A stretch of 64,000 nucleotides of DNA from positions 67,704,001 to 67,768,000 of the forward strand of contig OX597822.1 of the NCBI GenBank assembly GCA_951406725.2, written 5' to 3'. Position numbers and translations under genes: made by a program. The notes under the pieces are model-generated. The model saw only the letters and a list, made by a program, of their open reading frames with translations, was not told where the DNA came from and ran no database searches. This DNA is from Octopus vulgaris. Its lineage: Eukaryota. Each line of letters starts with the position of its first letter. Position 1 is the stretch's first letter. This document shows, in pieces, positions 27,940 to 42,743 of this stretch.

Positions 27940-28889
27940 CTATGAACCTAAATTTGTATTATTACAAAAAAATTAAAAAATTAAAAATTAAACAATAGAA
28001 CTTCAGTAAAGTCATTTTTTTTTCAAACTTATATATGTATGTATGTATGTATGTATGTACGTATGCATGTATTTATGTATGTATGTATGTATGTACGTAT
28101 GCATGTATTTATGTATGTATGTATGTATGTATGTATGTATGTATGTATGTATGTATGTATGTATGTACGTATGCATGTATGTATGTATTTATGTATGTAT
28201 GTATGTATGTAGGTATGCATGTATTTATGTATGTATGTTTATGCATACCTGAGTGCATTTGTGTGGATGTGTAAATACTTGTGTGTGTATGTTCTGTCTA
28301 AATACTTGTGCGTTTGTATATATGTTTGAGTGTATGTGTATGAGTGTATGCATGTCGGTTTATTAACATAGGAATGTGAATATGATTATCTCGGAAGATT
28401 AAACCATTAACCTACGTTCCACATTTATTTTCTTCACCAACTTATTGCATGTTGTAGGCTAAAACCGATGTGTCCTGAACTAAACACATACACATCTGTT
28501 TAGGACTCAGAATCATTCATAAAAGTTTCTATAAATCCATTTATCAGTCTAATATTGGCTATTGCCATGTTGGTTTGAAATGGCGCAATCTTTAAAACGT
28601 GACAAAACTAATGATATAATAAACCTCTCGTGTTTTTTTTTTCTTCTTTTGCTTTTATGTCCGTACTTAGTCATATACTTGACAAATGACAAGTTTCTGT
28701 TTCCTTAACCATCCTAATTCTTTTGGCTCTTTTAATTAGTGGTGGAAATTTTCTTGTAAAAACACACACTTGCATGGAGAAAAAAATCTCAAATCGTTTC
28801 GCGGTTGTAATAGCATGGGGGCACATTGGTTTGTAATAATCAACAAACGTGTTGATTTTTGTGTGTTCGTATGCATGTATGTATGATTG

Positions 28890-28938
<49 letters not shown>

Positions 28939-29691
28939 ATGTATGTGTGTATGCATGTATATATATATGTATGTTTATATGTATATATATATACATATAT
29001 ATATGAAGATAGATAGATATATATATACACATATATACACATGTCAATACATGGTAGCATATAGGCGGGTATTGACGTTCGAATGCCTATCAACGTATCT
29101 GAGCATCGTTCTAAGATTTGTGTATATAATTATATACGTGTGCATCTCCCTTCTTGTGAGTGTGAGTATGTTTGGGTGCGAATGCGTATATATATATATA
29201 TATATATGTGTGCTTCGAGTAATCTTTATAAGAATCTATGAATAAGCGTTAAGATTATCTGCATGTATATACGTAAACAGTTGTACAAGTAAACACAGAT
29301 ATTTATACATGAATCGACTTCAACTTGTGTGTGTGTATGTGTGTATGTGAGAGTGGGTGTCTTTTTTCTCAGACCGTAATCATCATTTGATCCATCCAAT
29401 TGATTTATTGCGAATTGTACAGTGGCCAGATGGCGCGCTCAGCGCTTACATGGATGATCGCACTTGCAGTAAATCTCCTTGTCCACTCATTTATCATGTT
29501 AGGATATCAAATCAGATTCTTGTTGTACTTATTATGTGCGACATAGCCCCGTCCGATTAAGCTGTAGACGGTCCACAGCGTTTGTTAAAGATTCCGGTCA
29601 ATCTGGTCAATATATACATACATACATACATACATACATACACACACATATATAAATATATGTATATAAGTGTGTGTGTGTCTGTGTGTGT

Positions 29692-29727
<36 letters not shown>

Positions 29728-29788
29728 ACCCCCCACACTTATATATGTATATATATATACATATATATATGTATTTATATAGTAAATA

Positions 29789-29830
<42 letters not shown>

Positions 29831-29889
29831 CGTGTGTATGTGTTTGCTTGGGGGGGCATGCAAGTATGTGAATTATTTTGTTTTGTGTT

Positions 29890-29967
29890 TTGTTGTTGTT
29901 ATTATTACCATCAACATTATTATTATCATTATCATTATTATTATTATTATCATTATTATCATTATTA

Positions 29968-29998
<31 letters not shown>

Positions 29999-30009
29999 CA
30001 TTATTATTG

Positions 30010-30047
<38 letters not shown>

Positions 30048-30071
30048 GTTATTATTGTTATTATTATTATG

Positions 30072-30109
<38 letters not shown>

Positions 30110-30156
30110 CATTATTATCATTATTATTGTTATTATTATTATTATTATCATTATTA

Positions 30157-30202
<46 letters not shown>

Positions 30203-30210
30203 CATTATTA

Positions 30211-30275
<65 letters not shown>

Positions 30276-30303
30276 GTTATTATTATCATTATTATCATTA
30301 TTA

Positions 30304-30386
<83 letters not shown>
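29890..30386 (+). repeat. (ATT)n microsatellite, about 500 bp
   Basis: Direct reading; similar tracts at 34920-35230, 54880-55300, 58060-58455. Confidence 0.98.
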
Positions 30387-30387
<1 letters not shown>

Positions 30388-31200
30388 GGCATCTAAGAAA
30401 TTCTGATTATTTACTACTTTATTCATGTATGTACGTATCGTCCATTTTATGCACATATTAAGAAATGTATTTCTTTGATATAATATATTGCAGGAACAAA
30501 TATTAATATCATGTTACTTCGGCTCTGTTTCATCGCCGAAAATATTCCGGTCGATTCACACCTTTGAACATTAAGATGAAACTGGAAGATCTGACATTAT
30601 TTATTCTAACATAACGCTCACCAACACTGTAAAATATCCCTTCTCTCTCTATCGAGCTCTCTCCCTGCAGAAAGGGAGTCGATGATTTTTGGTAAAACAT
30701 TGGCTCGAAGTAACGCGATTTATATCCCTAATTACTTCAGAAATGTAAGAAAACCGTTTCTTTCTATTTCTCACTTGACTATAACCTGACAGAAGATATT
30801 ATTATATGAACTGAGAGAGTGGAAACAACCAAATGTTCGCATACATTCAGCCTTTGATTCTACCATTTGTTCCGGTCACTGAGTAGCGACTATGCAGGGT
30901 TTAGTCGAAGACGTCGACCACACTGCTCATTCGGTTAAAGTCTGACCGTTCTTTTCGTAGAACTACCGAGTTACTGTACGTAAACAAACCGACACTGATT
31001 GTCTGGCGGTGGGAGAATAAATATATACAAGCCCACACATACCTATACACACATATGCATGTGTATGTATGTATATATATATGTGTGTGTGTACGTATAT
31101 ATATACATATATATGTATATATATATATATATATATATGATTGATTGATTCTAGTTTCAGCTCACGAGCTGTGGCCATGCTGGGGCACCGCCATTGTATG

Positions 31201-31300
<100 letters not shown>

Positions 31301-31327
31301 CATACATATATATATATACATAATGTA

Positions 31328-31404
<77 letters not shown>

Positions 31405-31491
31405 GTATGTAAACATATATATACATATATATATTATTGAGATGTTCTTAACCGCAGAACCATGCCTGCGGCTACATACGGACACTGTTCA

Positions 31492-31545
<54 letters not shown>

Positions 31546-31694
31546 CACACACACACACACACGAACGCACACAGGGAATTATTTATTAACGTATTTCATT
31601 TAGTTCAACATTTGGGGGAAATAGCGTCGTCTGTTGCATATTTTCAGCGAACCTATCAATGCTTTGTTACATTTCTAACTGCAATGGCAGCCAA

Positions 31695-31930
31695 AGATGC
31701 ATACCAGCCACTCCTCTTCAAGCAACCAATGTTATTCAAGGGAAAGGTAAAGACCGATACAGCTTGGCACCAGTGATATCACAACCCGTTTCTACAGCTG
31801 CCTGAACTGGAGCAACGTGAAATAAAGTGTCTTACGCAAGAACACAACACACAGCTTGGCCCGGAAATCGAACTCAATGCCTCATGATTGTGAGCCCGAC
31901 GCTCTAACCACTGAGCGATGCGCCTCCAAA
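31695..31930 (-). mobile_element. SINE family C, closely similar inverted copy of 25905-26140
   Basis: GATATCACAACCCGTTTCTACAGCTG and GCCCGACGCTCTAACCACTGAGCGATGCGCCTCCAA are exact reverse complements of the 25.9-kb copy. Confidence 0.9.
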
Positions 31931-32750
31931 AGAGCTTCGTTTGGAATTCACTGCATTCTGTTTCTGTAATTTGTTTGTGATTTAACTGATAAAAGACCGC
32001 CCCCCCCCCATCAACCCATGCGAGCGACTATGATTTAGTGGTATGAACCATGATGTTGCTAATTTTTTAGGTGCTTATGTAATCCCGAACAGACTTATAT
32101 CTAGGGAAATATCAAGGATGCAACCGCTGGGAGAAGACAGAGCTGCACAAAAACTAGATTGGTTTTTATTTACAATTGAACAGACTGGAATTACGTCAAA
32201 TGTATCGCCTTGAAACAAAGCGACAACGGGCCGTCTCGTCCCAGGAAACGAACGTACGACAATATGACCGCGGTCGTAATACTGTAGCCACTCGGCCAGG
32301 CGCCTTCACCACGATATACCCTATGCTAATGTAAGTTAGCAAAACACACACACAAAACACACACACATATCTAAATACACGCAAACACATTTAGATTTCT
32401 GCAGCAACGTCTGCTCCAGTTAAATGGGATTCTTCTATTACAAACAAGCAACAGAAGACAACATTGCTTCATCCTCGAACAGATATCGTGAAGATTAATG
32501 ACTTGTAGATTCGAGGTATTTCATTATGCAACCTTAACATACTATAAATTATATTAAACGATTTTTATAAGTCAGCATCGTGTCCTGCTGTGTTAGCAGT
32601 ACTTTTACATCATGTGCTAAGGTTGTCTCTGCAGATATTCTATAGAAATGATAGGCAAAATTGATGTTTTGCTACGACGTTTCGTATACGAGACGTTAGA
32701 TGTGAGCAAACAATGAGATAGGAGATAAGAAAAAAAGGGTAACGGATGTA

Positions 32751-33258
32751 CCATAAATCCTCGAGTATAGTCCGCCCTTGAGTATAATACGCAGGGGACT
32801 TTTAGGGGCTCTACTTCTGAAAAACCTAAACCTTGTGTATAATACGCACCCATTCTCTAACTTGAGTCGTGCGTAAGTAAGCCAGCCGCACCTAATCGAA
32901 GAAACACTTCCGCACACGCGTAATACAATAATGGTGATGTTCTTAACTGTTATATGGGAATGTAAATATGTTTGCAAATTGTTTTTGTTACATGTTATTC
33001 TGTGTTCTGAATACGTTTATTTTGATAAAAGTTGCTTACTGCAAGTTATGGATGATTCGCTTATGACTTCATTGCTTTCAGGCTTAGCTTAAAGGTATTT
33101 TCGCGCCCGACATGACAAAATGCGTCTGAATAAACATTGCCGGACAGCAAATAGAGACTTGGACATTGCTTAGAAAATATTTTTCATTTTTAACCTCGTA
33201 TATAGTACGCACTAGGGATTTTGGGGAAAAAATGCGGATTATATTCGAGGATTTACGG
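32751..33258. mobile_element. pogo/Tigger-like non-autonomous TIR element
   Basis: TA-CCATAAATCCTCGAGTATAGTCCGC ... GCGGATTATATTCGAGGATTTACGG-TA; TA TSD; no ORF. Confidence 0.85.
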
Positions 33259-33835
33259 TATATGCCATATTTCGGGAGATTTGTTTTCACTTCGTGGATA
33301 ATTGAGGGATTAGATGGGTGCAGATGAAGGGGGAAAATTCTTCTAAAATATGGCTTCTACGCCCATTACTCATTTTTCAGCTTCGATCTCATTGTTCGTT
33401 TACGTTTGACGTCACGTATACGAAACGTGGTAGCAAAACATCAGTTTTGACTTTAATCTCTATAGGGTACCTGTTGAGATAACTTTAACGATTGATTATA
33501 CTCTGAAGGTCTAGAAGTGTTGTTGATGGATTTAGGGATCGTACCGTTTCTTATCACATGGAGCTGATACGAAAATATGATAACAATGCACTTTAAGAAT
33601 TACGTTTCATTTTTCTAGAAATGTTGTGTAGATTAAGTGCTTCTTAAAATGAGTGCTACCGCTTCTTGGAAGAGGTAGAAATTATATACGGGTTCTGAAT
33701 ACAAAGGGATGTATGTATGTATGTATGTATGTATGTATGTATGTATGTATGTATGTATGTATCTACGTATGCATGCATTTATATATTTATGCATGTATAT
33801 ATGTATATATATGTATATATATATATGTATATATA

Positions 33836-33870
<35 letters not shown>

Positions 33871-34978
33871 TTCCAAGTATGTAGGCATTATGGATTTATG
33901 TATGTATACATGTATGTATACATATATATGTATCTATGTATTTACGTATGTATGCATGTATATATCTATGTATGTATGTATGTATGTATTATGTATATAT
34001 GTATTTACGTATGTATGCATGTATGTATATATATATACATATATACGACAGGCTTTTTTCAGTTTCTGTGTACCTATTCCACTCACAAGGCTTTGAGCTG
34101 CCCGATGCTATAGTACAAGACACTTGCCCAAGGTGCCGCGCAGTGGGAATGAACCCGGAACCATGTGGCTGGATGATGATGATGATTTTTATTATCTACT
34201 ATCATTACTATTTCTGCGCCTGATAATTTTAGGAAGAGAAACGGACTATACAGTTGCTATGTCGTAAGTTTATACCCTAAAAATATGTTACTTTAAGTGA
34301 GTGGGGGGGAAAATTACCAATATTTACCAGAACAATCGTTATTGACATTCATTTCTGCGATATTTGTTATTCGGAGAATTAAAAGGGTAGGAAACACCGG
34401 ATCACTCCAATCTTTTCTCTCCAACAACCACAGTAAATCTTATTTCTTCTACATTCTTTGGAACTATGCATTTATATATAGACCTGAATTAAGTTGAAAT
34501 GAATGAATGAATGATAATGAATGAATGAATGATGATGATAATGATGACGGTGAAGATGATGATGATGATGATGATGATGATTTTTATTATCTACTATCAT
34601 TACTATTATCTAACTACCCTTATTCCTACTACTACTACTACTAATAATAATGATGATGATGATGATGATAGCAGTAAACAATAAACAATAATAATAATAC
34701 TGTTAATTACGGTAATAATGCGTGCTAACTTCATGATAAGGACGGTTATGGCCTTGATCATCATCTATCATTGGCCCCACAACAACCACTACCAGCCTTC
34801 TCCTCATCATTATCATCATCACGATGTCGAAGAGTTTCGCAATAATGACGATGCGAAAGGGAATAAAACGAAGTTGACGGGGCTAGTAGTGATAGTTATG
34901 ATAAAAATAATTGTTTCTAACATAATAATAATGATAATAATAATGATAATAATGATGATGATAATAATAATAATGATG

Positions 34979-35012
<34 letters not shown>

Positions 35013-35020
35013 TAATAATG

Positions 35021-35078
<58 letters not shown>

Positions 35079-35085
35079 CATCAAC

Positions 35086-35232
<147 letters not shown>

Positions 35233-36406
35233 GTTGTGACAGTGCGTCATGTTAATGATGAAGATGGTAATCACTATATACTTCATCGTCATCATATCGT
35301 TTATAATCCCTGGCAATAATGATGAGAATAACGGAGGAGGTAAAAGAAGAAATATCACATCAACAAGATCGACATGAGCGACGATGACAGCGAATGGGTG
35401 AGAGGCAGTAACCTGTCGGATTTTACCCCATAGCTGATTGAGAAAAAAGACAGGGAATTGAGAGAGAGTGAAGGGAGGGATGAGAGACAAAGGAAGAGAA
35501 GGAAAGAGACAAAGTGAAGGAAAGAGAGAGACCTTAATGGGGTTCACCATGAGGTGAATGTAATGGGGAATAAAACAAGATGGCTGCCAGGCCGTCTACT
35601 GTAGCGGAAGTAGTTACCTCCTTGCGAAATTGAGGTTGACTAATGATGTTGGTAAATTGTAGTATAGCAAACGCGATTGTTTTTCGATGTGATTTATGCC
35701 CCTATTTATTTGCTTTGCTACCTCAGTGTATTTTTTCTTTTCCTTATTAATAAATTGAACATTTTCTCCCTTTTTATTTTTGTTAAGCATTTTTCTTCTT
35801 TTATTTATTTCATGTTCCTCTCTCGCTTTCTCTCGCTTTCTATCACGCTTTCTCTTCTTATAACCTTCTTAATATACACACATGCTCACACAAACGCACA
35901 CCTATGCATGATTTACCTCTCACACTCCCTTCCGTTTTCATTCTGCATTCGTTTATTTTTTAGGTGGAATAACATATGGAAAGTTAGACCCTGTGTGTGC
36001 AACAAGCTGAAGGTTATTAGTGGTTGGAAGGGGATGGGATTTTTTTCCCAACGATTTTTCTGGTTGTAACTGTTGTTCCTGTGTTACCGTACTTAACACT
36101 CCTGTTTGTTTTTGTTGTTGATAATGATGGCGTTGTTGAGGGTTTATTTTTGTAGATATTGATCTGCAAATTTAGGAAGGACAGTTTCTAGCTACGCCTG
36201 AAACCTATGATTACAGAGACAATTAGGGTAAGAGAAGGGGATATAGTTTTGATGGTGCTGATGTTGGTAATAGGGTTGGTAGGGAAGGTAGCCATGGCGC
36301 TTCTACTTCTGCTACCGCTGCTACTACTGTTGTTAGCGCTGTATGTCGTGAGTTTGGTCGCCACCTTTAAATGATAATAATAATGATGATGATGATGATG
36401 ATGATG

Positions 36407-36449
<43 letters not shown>

Positions 36450-37319
36450 TAATAATAATAATAATGATAATAATATGTCGTGAGTTTGGTGATTGTTATA
36501 TCGGAGTTGCTACCGTTTTCTGATGCAGTTGTTGTTGATATTGTTGCTGTTGGTTTTGTTATTGTTATTGCTGTTGTTCGTGTTGGTAGTATTGCTGTCA
36601 CTTGCTCCCGTATTTGTTTTTGTTTTTTTTTTGTTAGGGAGAATAGCAGCGAGTGCTGGTAAGATATTGTTTGGTAGGATAGTGTTTGTATTATCTATGA
36701 CGGTTATTAACAAGAGTGTTAGGATTAATATAGTTCTGTCTCTGATAGGCGTGTGCCTGGAAAGCGTGATGGCGACGAATCATATAATTCATATAAATAT
36801 TCATTTTGTCACCATTATGTTCTTCATTGCGGTATTTATATTGAAAATGAGGTTGTGGGTAACCATGCAGGTGATACAAAAATCCATTTCGCCGCCATCA
36901 TGTTACGATTTTCAAAATTTGTGTTTTTGGACTCTGAAAACATCATTAAGTTTAAAATGATCTCCTGTTATCGTTCCTCGGCTCCAGACGATGCTTTTTA
37001 CGACCACTTTATAAGGCAAATTAGTTGCTACACCGTCATCGATCGAAGGTACAGGCTTATAAAACTAATTATGAAGCAAGATAAACAAAATCAGTTATTT
37101 TCTTTCGTTACTCGACCTAAGATTATTGTTTGTAAATTATTTTACTTAACCAGCATATTTGAATTAACAGAAGCGGAACTTAATGCTCAAAATATTGTAA
37201 AGAACCAAATCTGCTGCTTTTGTCAATGATGTGAAAATGGATCAAATACTAAAACAAAGATAGCTATAGTACCCTCAGCTGATGTGGTAGTTTAGCTAAC
37301 ATTTCTTCCTATAAATTAT

Positions 37320-37652
37320 AAGTAAAGGGTAAATGGTAAAGAGCCCCTTCAGACATGAAAGACCATGAGATTGCACCAATAAAGTTCCCTTACGAGGCAC
37401 AATTCCGGGTAAGGTTTTTAATGGAAGACCAGCAGTCATCCATGCATACCAGCGCTCTTTCCTCTCTCCGCCACCGATGTAATCGAGAGTAAAGGCAATG
37501 GCTGATACAGCTTGGCACCAGTGAATCATTTCTAGAGCTGTGCGAAATGGAGCAACATGAAATAAATTTGTTATTCAAGAACACAACACACCGTCCGGTC
37601 AGGGAATCGAACTCACAACTTCTCAATTGTGAGCCCGACACTCTAACCACTT
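37320..37652 (-). mobile_element. SINE family C, diverged
   Basis: GATACAGCTTGGCACCAGTG and GTGAGCCCGACACTCTAACCAC shared with 31695-31930. Confidence 0.82.
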
Positions 37653-38388
37653 AAATAATAAAGATGTTTGCCAATATAACAGGGCAGTCCTGGATTAGGA
37701 CGAATATCGCTGTAATTTAGCTCCAGGAGACATCGTCTCCAGATGGCTATACGATACGATCTGTGTCCTTATATTTTCGAACAAATCCAGAACTGCCATG
37801 GACGACGATGACAACGAATGGGTGAGAGGCAGTAACCTATCGGATTTTGCCCCATAGCTGATTGAAAAAAGACAGGGAATTGAGAGAGGGGGGGGAATGA
37901 GAGAGAAAGAGAGAGAAGGAAAGAGACAAAGTGAAGGAAAGAGAGACCTTAATGGGGTTCACCGTGAGGTAAATATAATTGGGAATAAAACAAAATGGCT
38001 GCCAGGCCGTCTACTGTCAAAAATCTTTACTCCAATGTAATGTTGCAGAATGTCTTTCGTTGCGAGATTTAAAAATAGTAATTTTCTCACTTCAATAATG
38101 TTATTTACTTTCTGCATCCTAACTTTGTTCGGCAGTCTTGATATTGTCGTTTCTCTTGTTTTTTTACGTAATAGTCTCTAACGGCATTTCACTGAAAACA
38201 GAGATCAGGAACATATTTTATGTAGGAAATCTTAATTTGGTTTTCTGTCAAATAATGTTGCTTTTCATAGTCGTGTCTACAGAAAATATCGGAACGGTTG
38301 CGTTTGGAAAGTTCTTTTCTCTTAGCTCAGCAACGTTCAGGTCTGATCTAGAGGTAAATAGCAACGACAGAGCACTGTGTCCTTATTG

Positions 38389-38429
<41 letters not shown>

Positions 38430-38436
<7 letters not shown>

Positions 38437-38668
38437 GAATAAGGGTAGAAATTGATATTAATCAATTAAAACCAGTGGCCTAGCATATTAAAAAAATCCG
38501 AAGATTAAAATATTTTTTAACATACAAAATTTAAAGGACTGACCATATAAAATTTAAAGGACTGACCACTTCTTGAGAACACATTCTTCGTGGAAAATAG
38601 CGATTTTCACGTCTATATCTAGCATATTGACTGTCCACTTTTAGTGGTCAGTCCTTTTTTGCATGTAA

Positions 38669-38672
<4 letters not shown>
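38430..38672. mobile_element. Rearranged pLTR-like element in (TA)n, same family as 8666-9100 and 63001-63460
   Basis: 38437-38535 matches 8666-8761; 38572-38657 matches 9013-9100. Confidence 0.8.
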
Positions 38673-38747
<75 letters not shown>

Positions 38748-38813
38748 TATGGGTGTGCATATACATATAACATATATATAGACAGAAAGAAAGACTGATA
38801 GATAGATAGATAT

Positions 38814-38892
<79 letters not shown>

Positions 38893-39018
38893 CAGTATCT
38901 AGAACAACACAAGAATTTATATGGAGAATTAATACAGCTGTTCACAAAATGTATACAAATACTTGAGCGGGAACACGAATAGGATCGGGACTTTCGGAAT
39001 TTCAGGAACCGTGAACAT

Positions 39019-39415
39019 AGGCGCAGGCGTGACTGTAGATGAGTAGCTTGCTTACTAACTACAAGGTTCCAGGTTCAATCCCGTTGCGTGGCACTTTGGG
39101 CAAGTGTCCTCTACTTTGGTCTCGGGCCGAACAAAGCTTTTCTGACTGGATTTGGTATACGGAAACTGAAAGAAGCACATCGAATATGTGTTTATGTGTA
39201 TGTGTGTGTGTGATTATCCCCCTACCATCTCTTGACAACTGATGTTGGTGAGTTTGCGTCCCTGTACCTTGGTGGTTCGGCAAAGAAGACCGATACGATA
39301 AGTGCTAGGTTTACAAAGAATAGGTCCTGGGGATCGATTTGTTCTACTAAACGAGCTGCTCCAGCATAGCCGCAGTCAGATGACAGAAACAAGAATAAAA
39401 CAATGAAAGAAAATG
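39019..39415 (+). mobile_element. SINE family B, diverged
   Basis: AGGCGCAGGCGTG head, GTGGCACTTTGGGCAAGTGTCC core, GCCGCAGTCAGATGACAGAAAC tail. Confidence 0.85.
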
Positions 39416-39959
39416 AATAAAACGTTATTGGCAAATATACTTCTCAATAAAAGTCCAATGGTGCTGTTCTTCCAACATAGGTCAGCTCTGATCCAACAGA
39501 CTTATGGGAAGGAGCGTGTGCTTTGGTGACACTTTCGGCCGATCTGTCCAGGTTAGGCGTCCCTACACTCGCACACTGTCAATGGCGTTGCTGTTACCGC
39601 TGCCTCGCGCACGGTTGAGCGCACCCTTATTGGGTTTATTACAGGTACGACATGGCTTCTCTGTCACGCTAGTGAAAGTCGTTCCAACCATGACAATGCC
39701 ATCCTATTTTCTATACATGATGTATCTCGAACTACATCATTCTATTTAACTCCTCTTAAAATAATAATGGTGGGTGAAATTCGAAGAATATGTAATTTCA
39801 ATTCTTGGTCATTTGGTTAGGTTTATTGACTCATTAACATTCGGTTTTAATGAAGGGTTTTTGAGCAAGAAAACTGGGCGTTGCCACACTAATTACGACA
39901 TTCTGTTCTACCTTTGAAAAAAAAAACAAAATCCGTTTCTGGTAGGCTTTACGACTCAG

Positions 39960-40818
39960 CATAGATCGTATCAAAAGGTGCCCGGACTAGTTCTGTTGCG
40001 CACCAACAGATGGCAGCACACGATTGTGTGAGAAGGGAGGCATTGTGCTGAGTGACTGCGCTGTGCTTACTTCACAAGTTGTGAAATTTGTGTTTTTGTG
40101 ATCATGAGTATTCTGTAGTCTATGGTTTTTTATCATGGACAGAAACGAAGAGCCAATGTGTAATTTTGCGTTAAACTTGGGAAGTCTGCTCCAGACGCAC
40201 TCAGCATGCTTTGACAAGCTTACGGCGACGAGGCAATGAGTTATACACAATATTTCGAGTGGCACGTACGCTTCAGAAGAGGAAGTGCGTCAATGGAAAA
40301 AGATGAACAATTTTGAAATCCTGTCACGAGCTTCACGCCCCCCCCACCACCACCAAAAAAATGCGGTATTTTGTATCGAAAAGTTTTTCCGCGTCCTAGG
40401 GCGAGATCATCAATCGAGAGTTCTAGTGCGATATTTTGAAGCATCTGAGGGTGAGCATTCGATCTATGGAGCGCGAAGAATCGGATTCTCCACGATGGGC
40501 TCTACTCGCACGTGAGCTTCCCGCCAAAGAACATGGTATGGCATCTGAAGACTTCCGTCGTTTCCCCCAATTTGAAAATGCAGCACAAGGGACACCGTTT
40601 TAACACCGTCGTCGAGACCCCAAGTCAGTCGTATAAAGTCCTCGACTTCCTTACGGAAAACGTCTTCCAGGCCGGATTCCAAAAGTGGTAGGGACGCTGG
40701 AAACGGTGTATTGCTGTGCAAGGTAAATATTTCGATGGAAATGGTGTTAACATTTAGGTAAATAAGTTACATTTTATTAAACATAACTAGTCGAGGAACC
40801 TTTTGATACCAGCTCGTA
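39960..40818 (+). mobile_element. Internally deleted mariner
   Basis: TIRs GTATCAAAAGGTGCCCGGACTAGTT / AACTAGTCGAGGAACCTTTTGATAC..CGTA; N-terminal relic FCVKLGKSA..ALSML.QAYGDEAMS and C-terminal RWKRCIAVQGKYF. Confidence 0.8.
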
Positions 40819-40829
40819 GATATATGCAT

Positions 40830-41425
40830 ATATACATACATGCATACATACATTCATTCATACATACATACATACATACATACATACATACATGCATACA
40901 TACATATATACATACATGGATATATGCATGCATGCATACATACAAACATGCACGCATACATGCATACATACTTGTATGTACAGGCATATGTGCATATATA
41001 CATAGATGTATATATACATACATGCATACATGCATACATGCATACATACATGCATACATACATGCATGCATGCATACATACATGCATACATGCATATATG
41101 CATACAAGCATAGATAATACATACATACATGCATACATACATGCATACATACATACATTCATGCATACATACATGCATACATACATATATACATACATAG
41201 ATATATGCATGCATACATACATACATGCATACATACATACATACATACATGCATGCGTACATACATACATGCATGCATACATACATACATACATGCATGC
41301 GTTCATACATGCATGCGTACAAACATACATACATGCGTATATACATGCATACATGCATATATACATACATGCATGCGTACATACATGCATGCATGCATAC
41401 ATACATACATGCATACATACATACA
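40830..41425 (+). repeat. (CATA)n/(TGCA)n compound microsatellite
   Basis: Direct reading. Confidence 0.95.
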
Positions 41426-42743
41426 CACAGGATGGGCGTCACTTTGTATCTAAAAACGATCATTCCTAAGCTGCCGATGGTGCTTCTTAAAGATCTGCAT
41501 GGACGGAGGTTGCAACCACCGCGCTGGTATCCCCAGAAATCAGAAGTGTTGCTATTTCTGCTGCGCCTGTAGTGTGTCCTCACGAGCAATGAAACCGGAT
41601 GTGGTGGCACTTCAACGCAGACGACGCACATTACATGTCGAATGCTGGAACAAGAACTATAATTTTCCTGAGCTGTGTTGCTTGCTTCGATTCGTAAGCG
41701 TCACTGTGCGGGAAATTGATTTTAGTGAATATAACAGACACAAAACTACGCACGTCTTTCAATTAAAGTCACGGGTGTGCAACAAGCTGAAGGTTATTCG
41801 CGGTTTGGAATGGAAAAGCATTTATTGCGGTTTTCTTTTTGTCACTGAGTTTCTCCTGATATGTTGCTGTTGTCATCGTTTTTCTTGTTCATGTTGTTGC
41901 AGGATCGTTTCGGTAGATATTGATCTTTAAATTGAAGGACACTGTTGCTAGATTGCCTAAAAGCTATGATTATAGAGACAATTTAGGTAAGAGAAGAGAG
42001 GAGGAGATAATGCTGGTGATGGTTGGTGATGATGGTAATGGTATTGGAGGAGGTGAAAATAGTCACGATGGCTTGGGTGAAGATGGTTCTGTTGGTGTTT
42101 AGTGAACATGGCCGGCCTTGAAGGTTGTGTTGGTGGCTTTCGTTGTTGTTGCTGTTATTGTTAGTGGTGGTGATGGTGGTGCTAGTCATTGTGGTGGGAG
42201 GAGGCAGCGACGCTAGCGACGGCGGAGGAGGCGGTGAATGAGGAGAAGGCAGCGGCGGAAGAGGAGAATGAGGAGGAGGAGGCAGCAGCCGCAGATGCGG
42301 TGGTGGTGGTGGTGGTGGTGGTGGTGGCGGCGGCGGCGGCGGCGATGATGGTAGGTAGTGCTGGTATGGAAAGCGTTGTTCTTAATGACAACTTTGGTTT
42401 TATTGAATCTGTATCTGATCGCTGTAGCAATTTGTTCATGTTCTTCATATCGAGAGTGATGAATGATGAGTGATTGATGCAAAAATGTTTATAATGCTTC
42501 GATATCCATGAAAGTTGTTATGATTAATATAACTGTGGCTTTGATCACTGTGTCTCTTGAAAGAGTAAGTAACACACTGATGGATTCACGTTCGCTGGAA
42601 AAACTAAAAACTGAACGATTCTTGGGCTTTGCAACAGTCAATCATTGTCTTAGACAAATGCTAGAAGTCCATCACTCTAAAAGTGACCTAACAGTGGACA
42701 CATTTACTTCTCGTGTCTTCTTTTAGTCCCTTCTCACCTGTGT

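Noticed and set aside
29670-30461. Overlapping poly-I/N/Y/L ORFs, and the many YI/CV/MYVC ORFs across the window
   Set aside because: Simple-repeat artefacts
42189-42473. Ala/Glu/Val-rich ORF
   Set aside because: GC-rich triplet repeat within the old duplication; no splice or homology support
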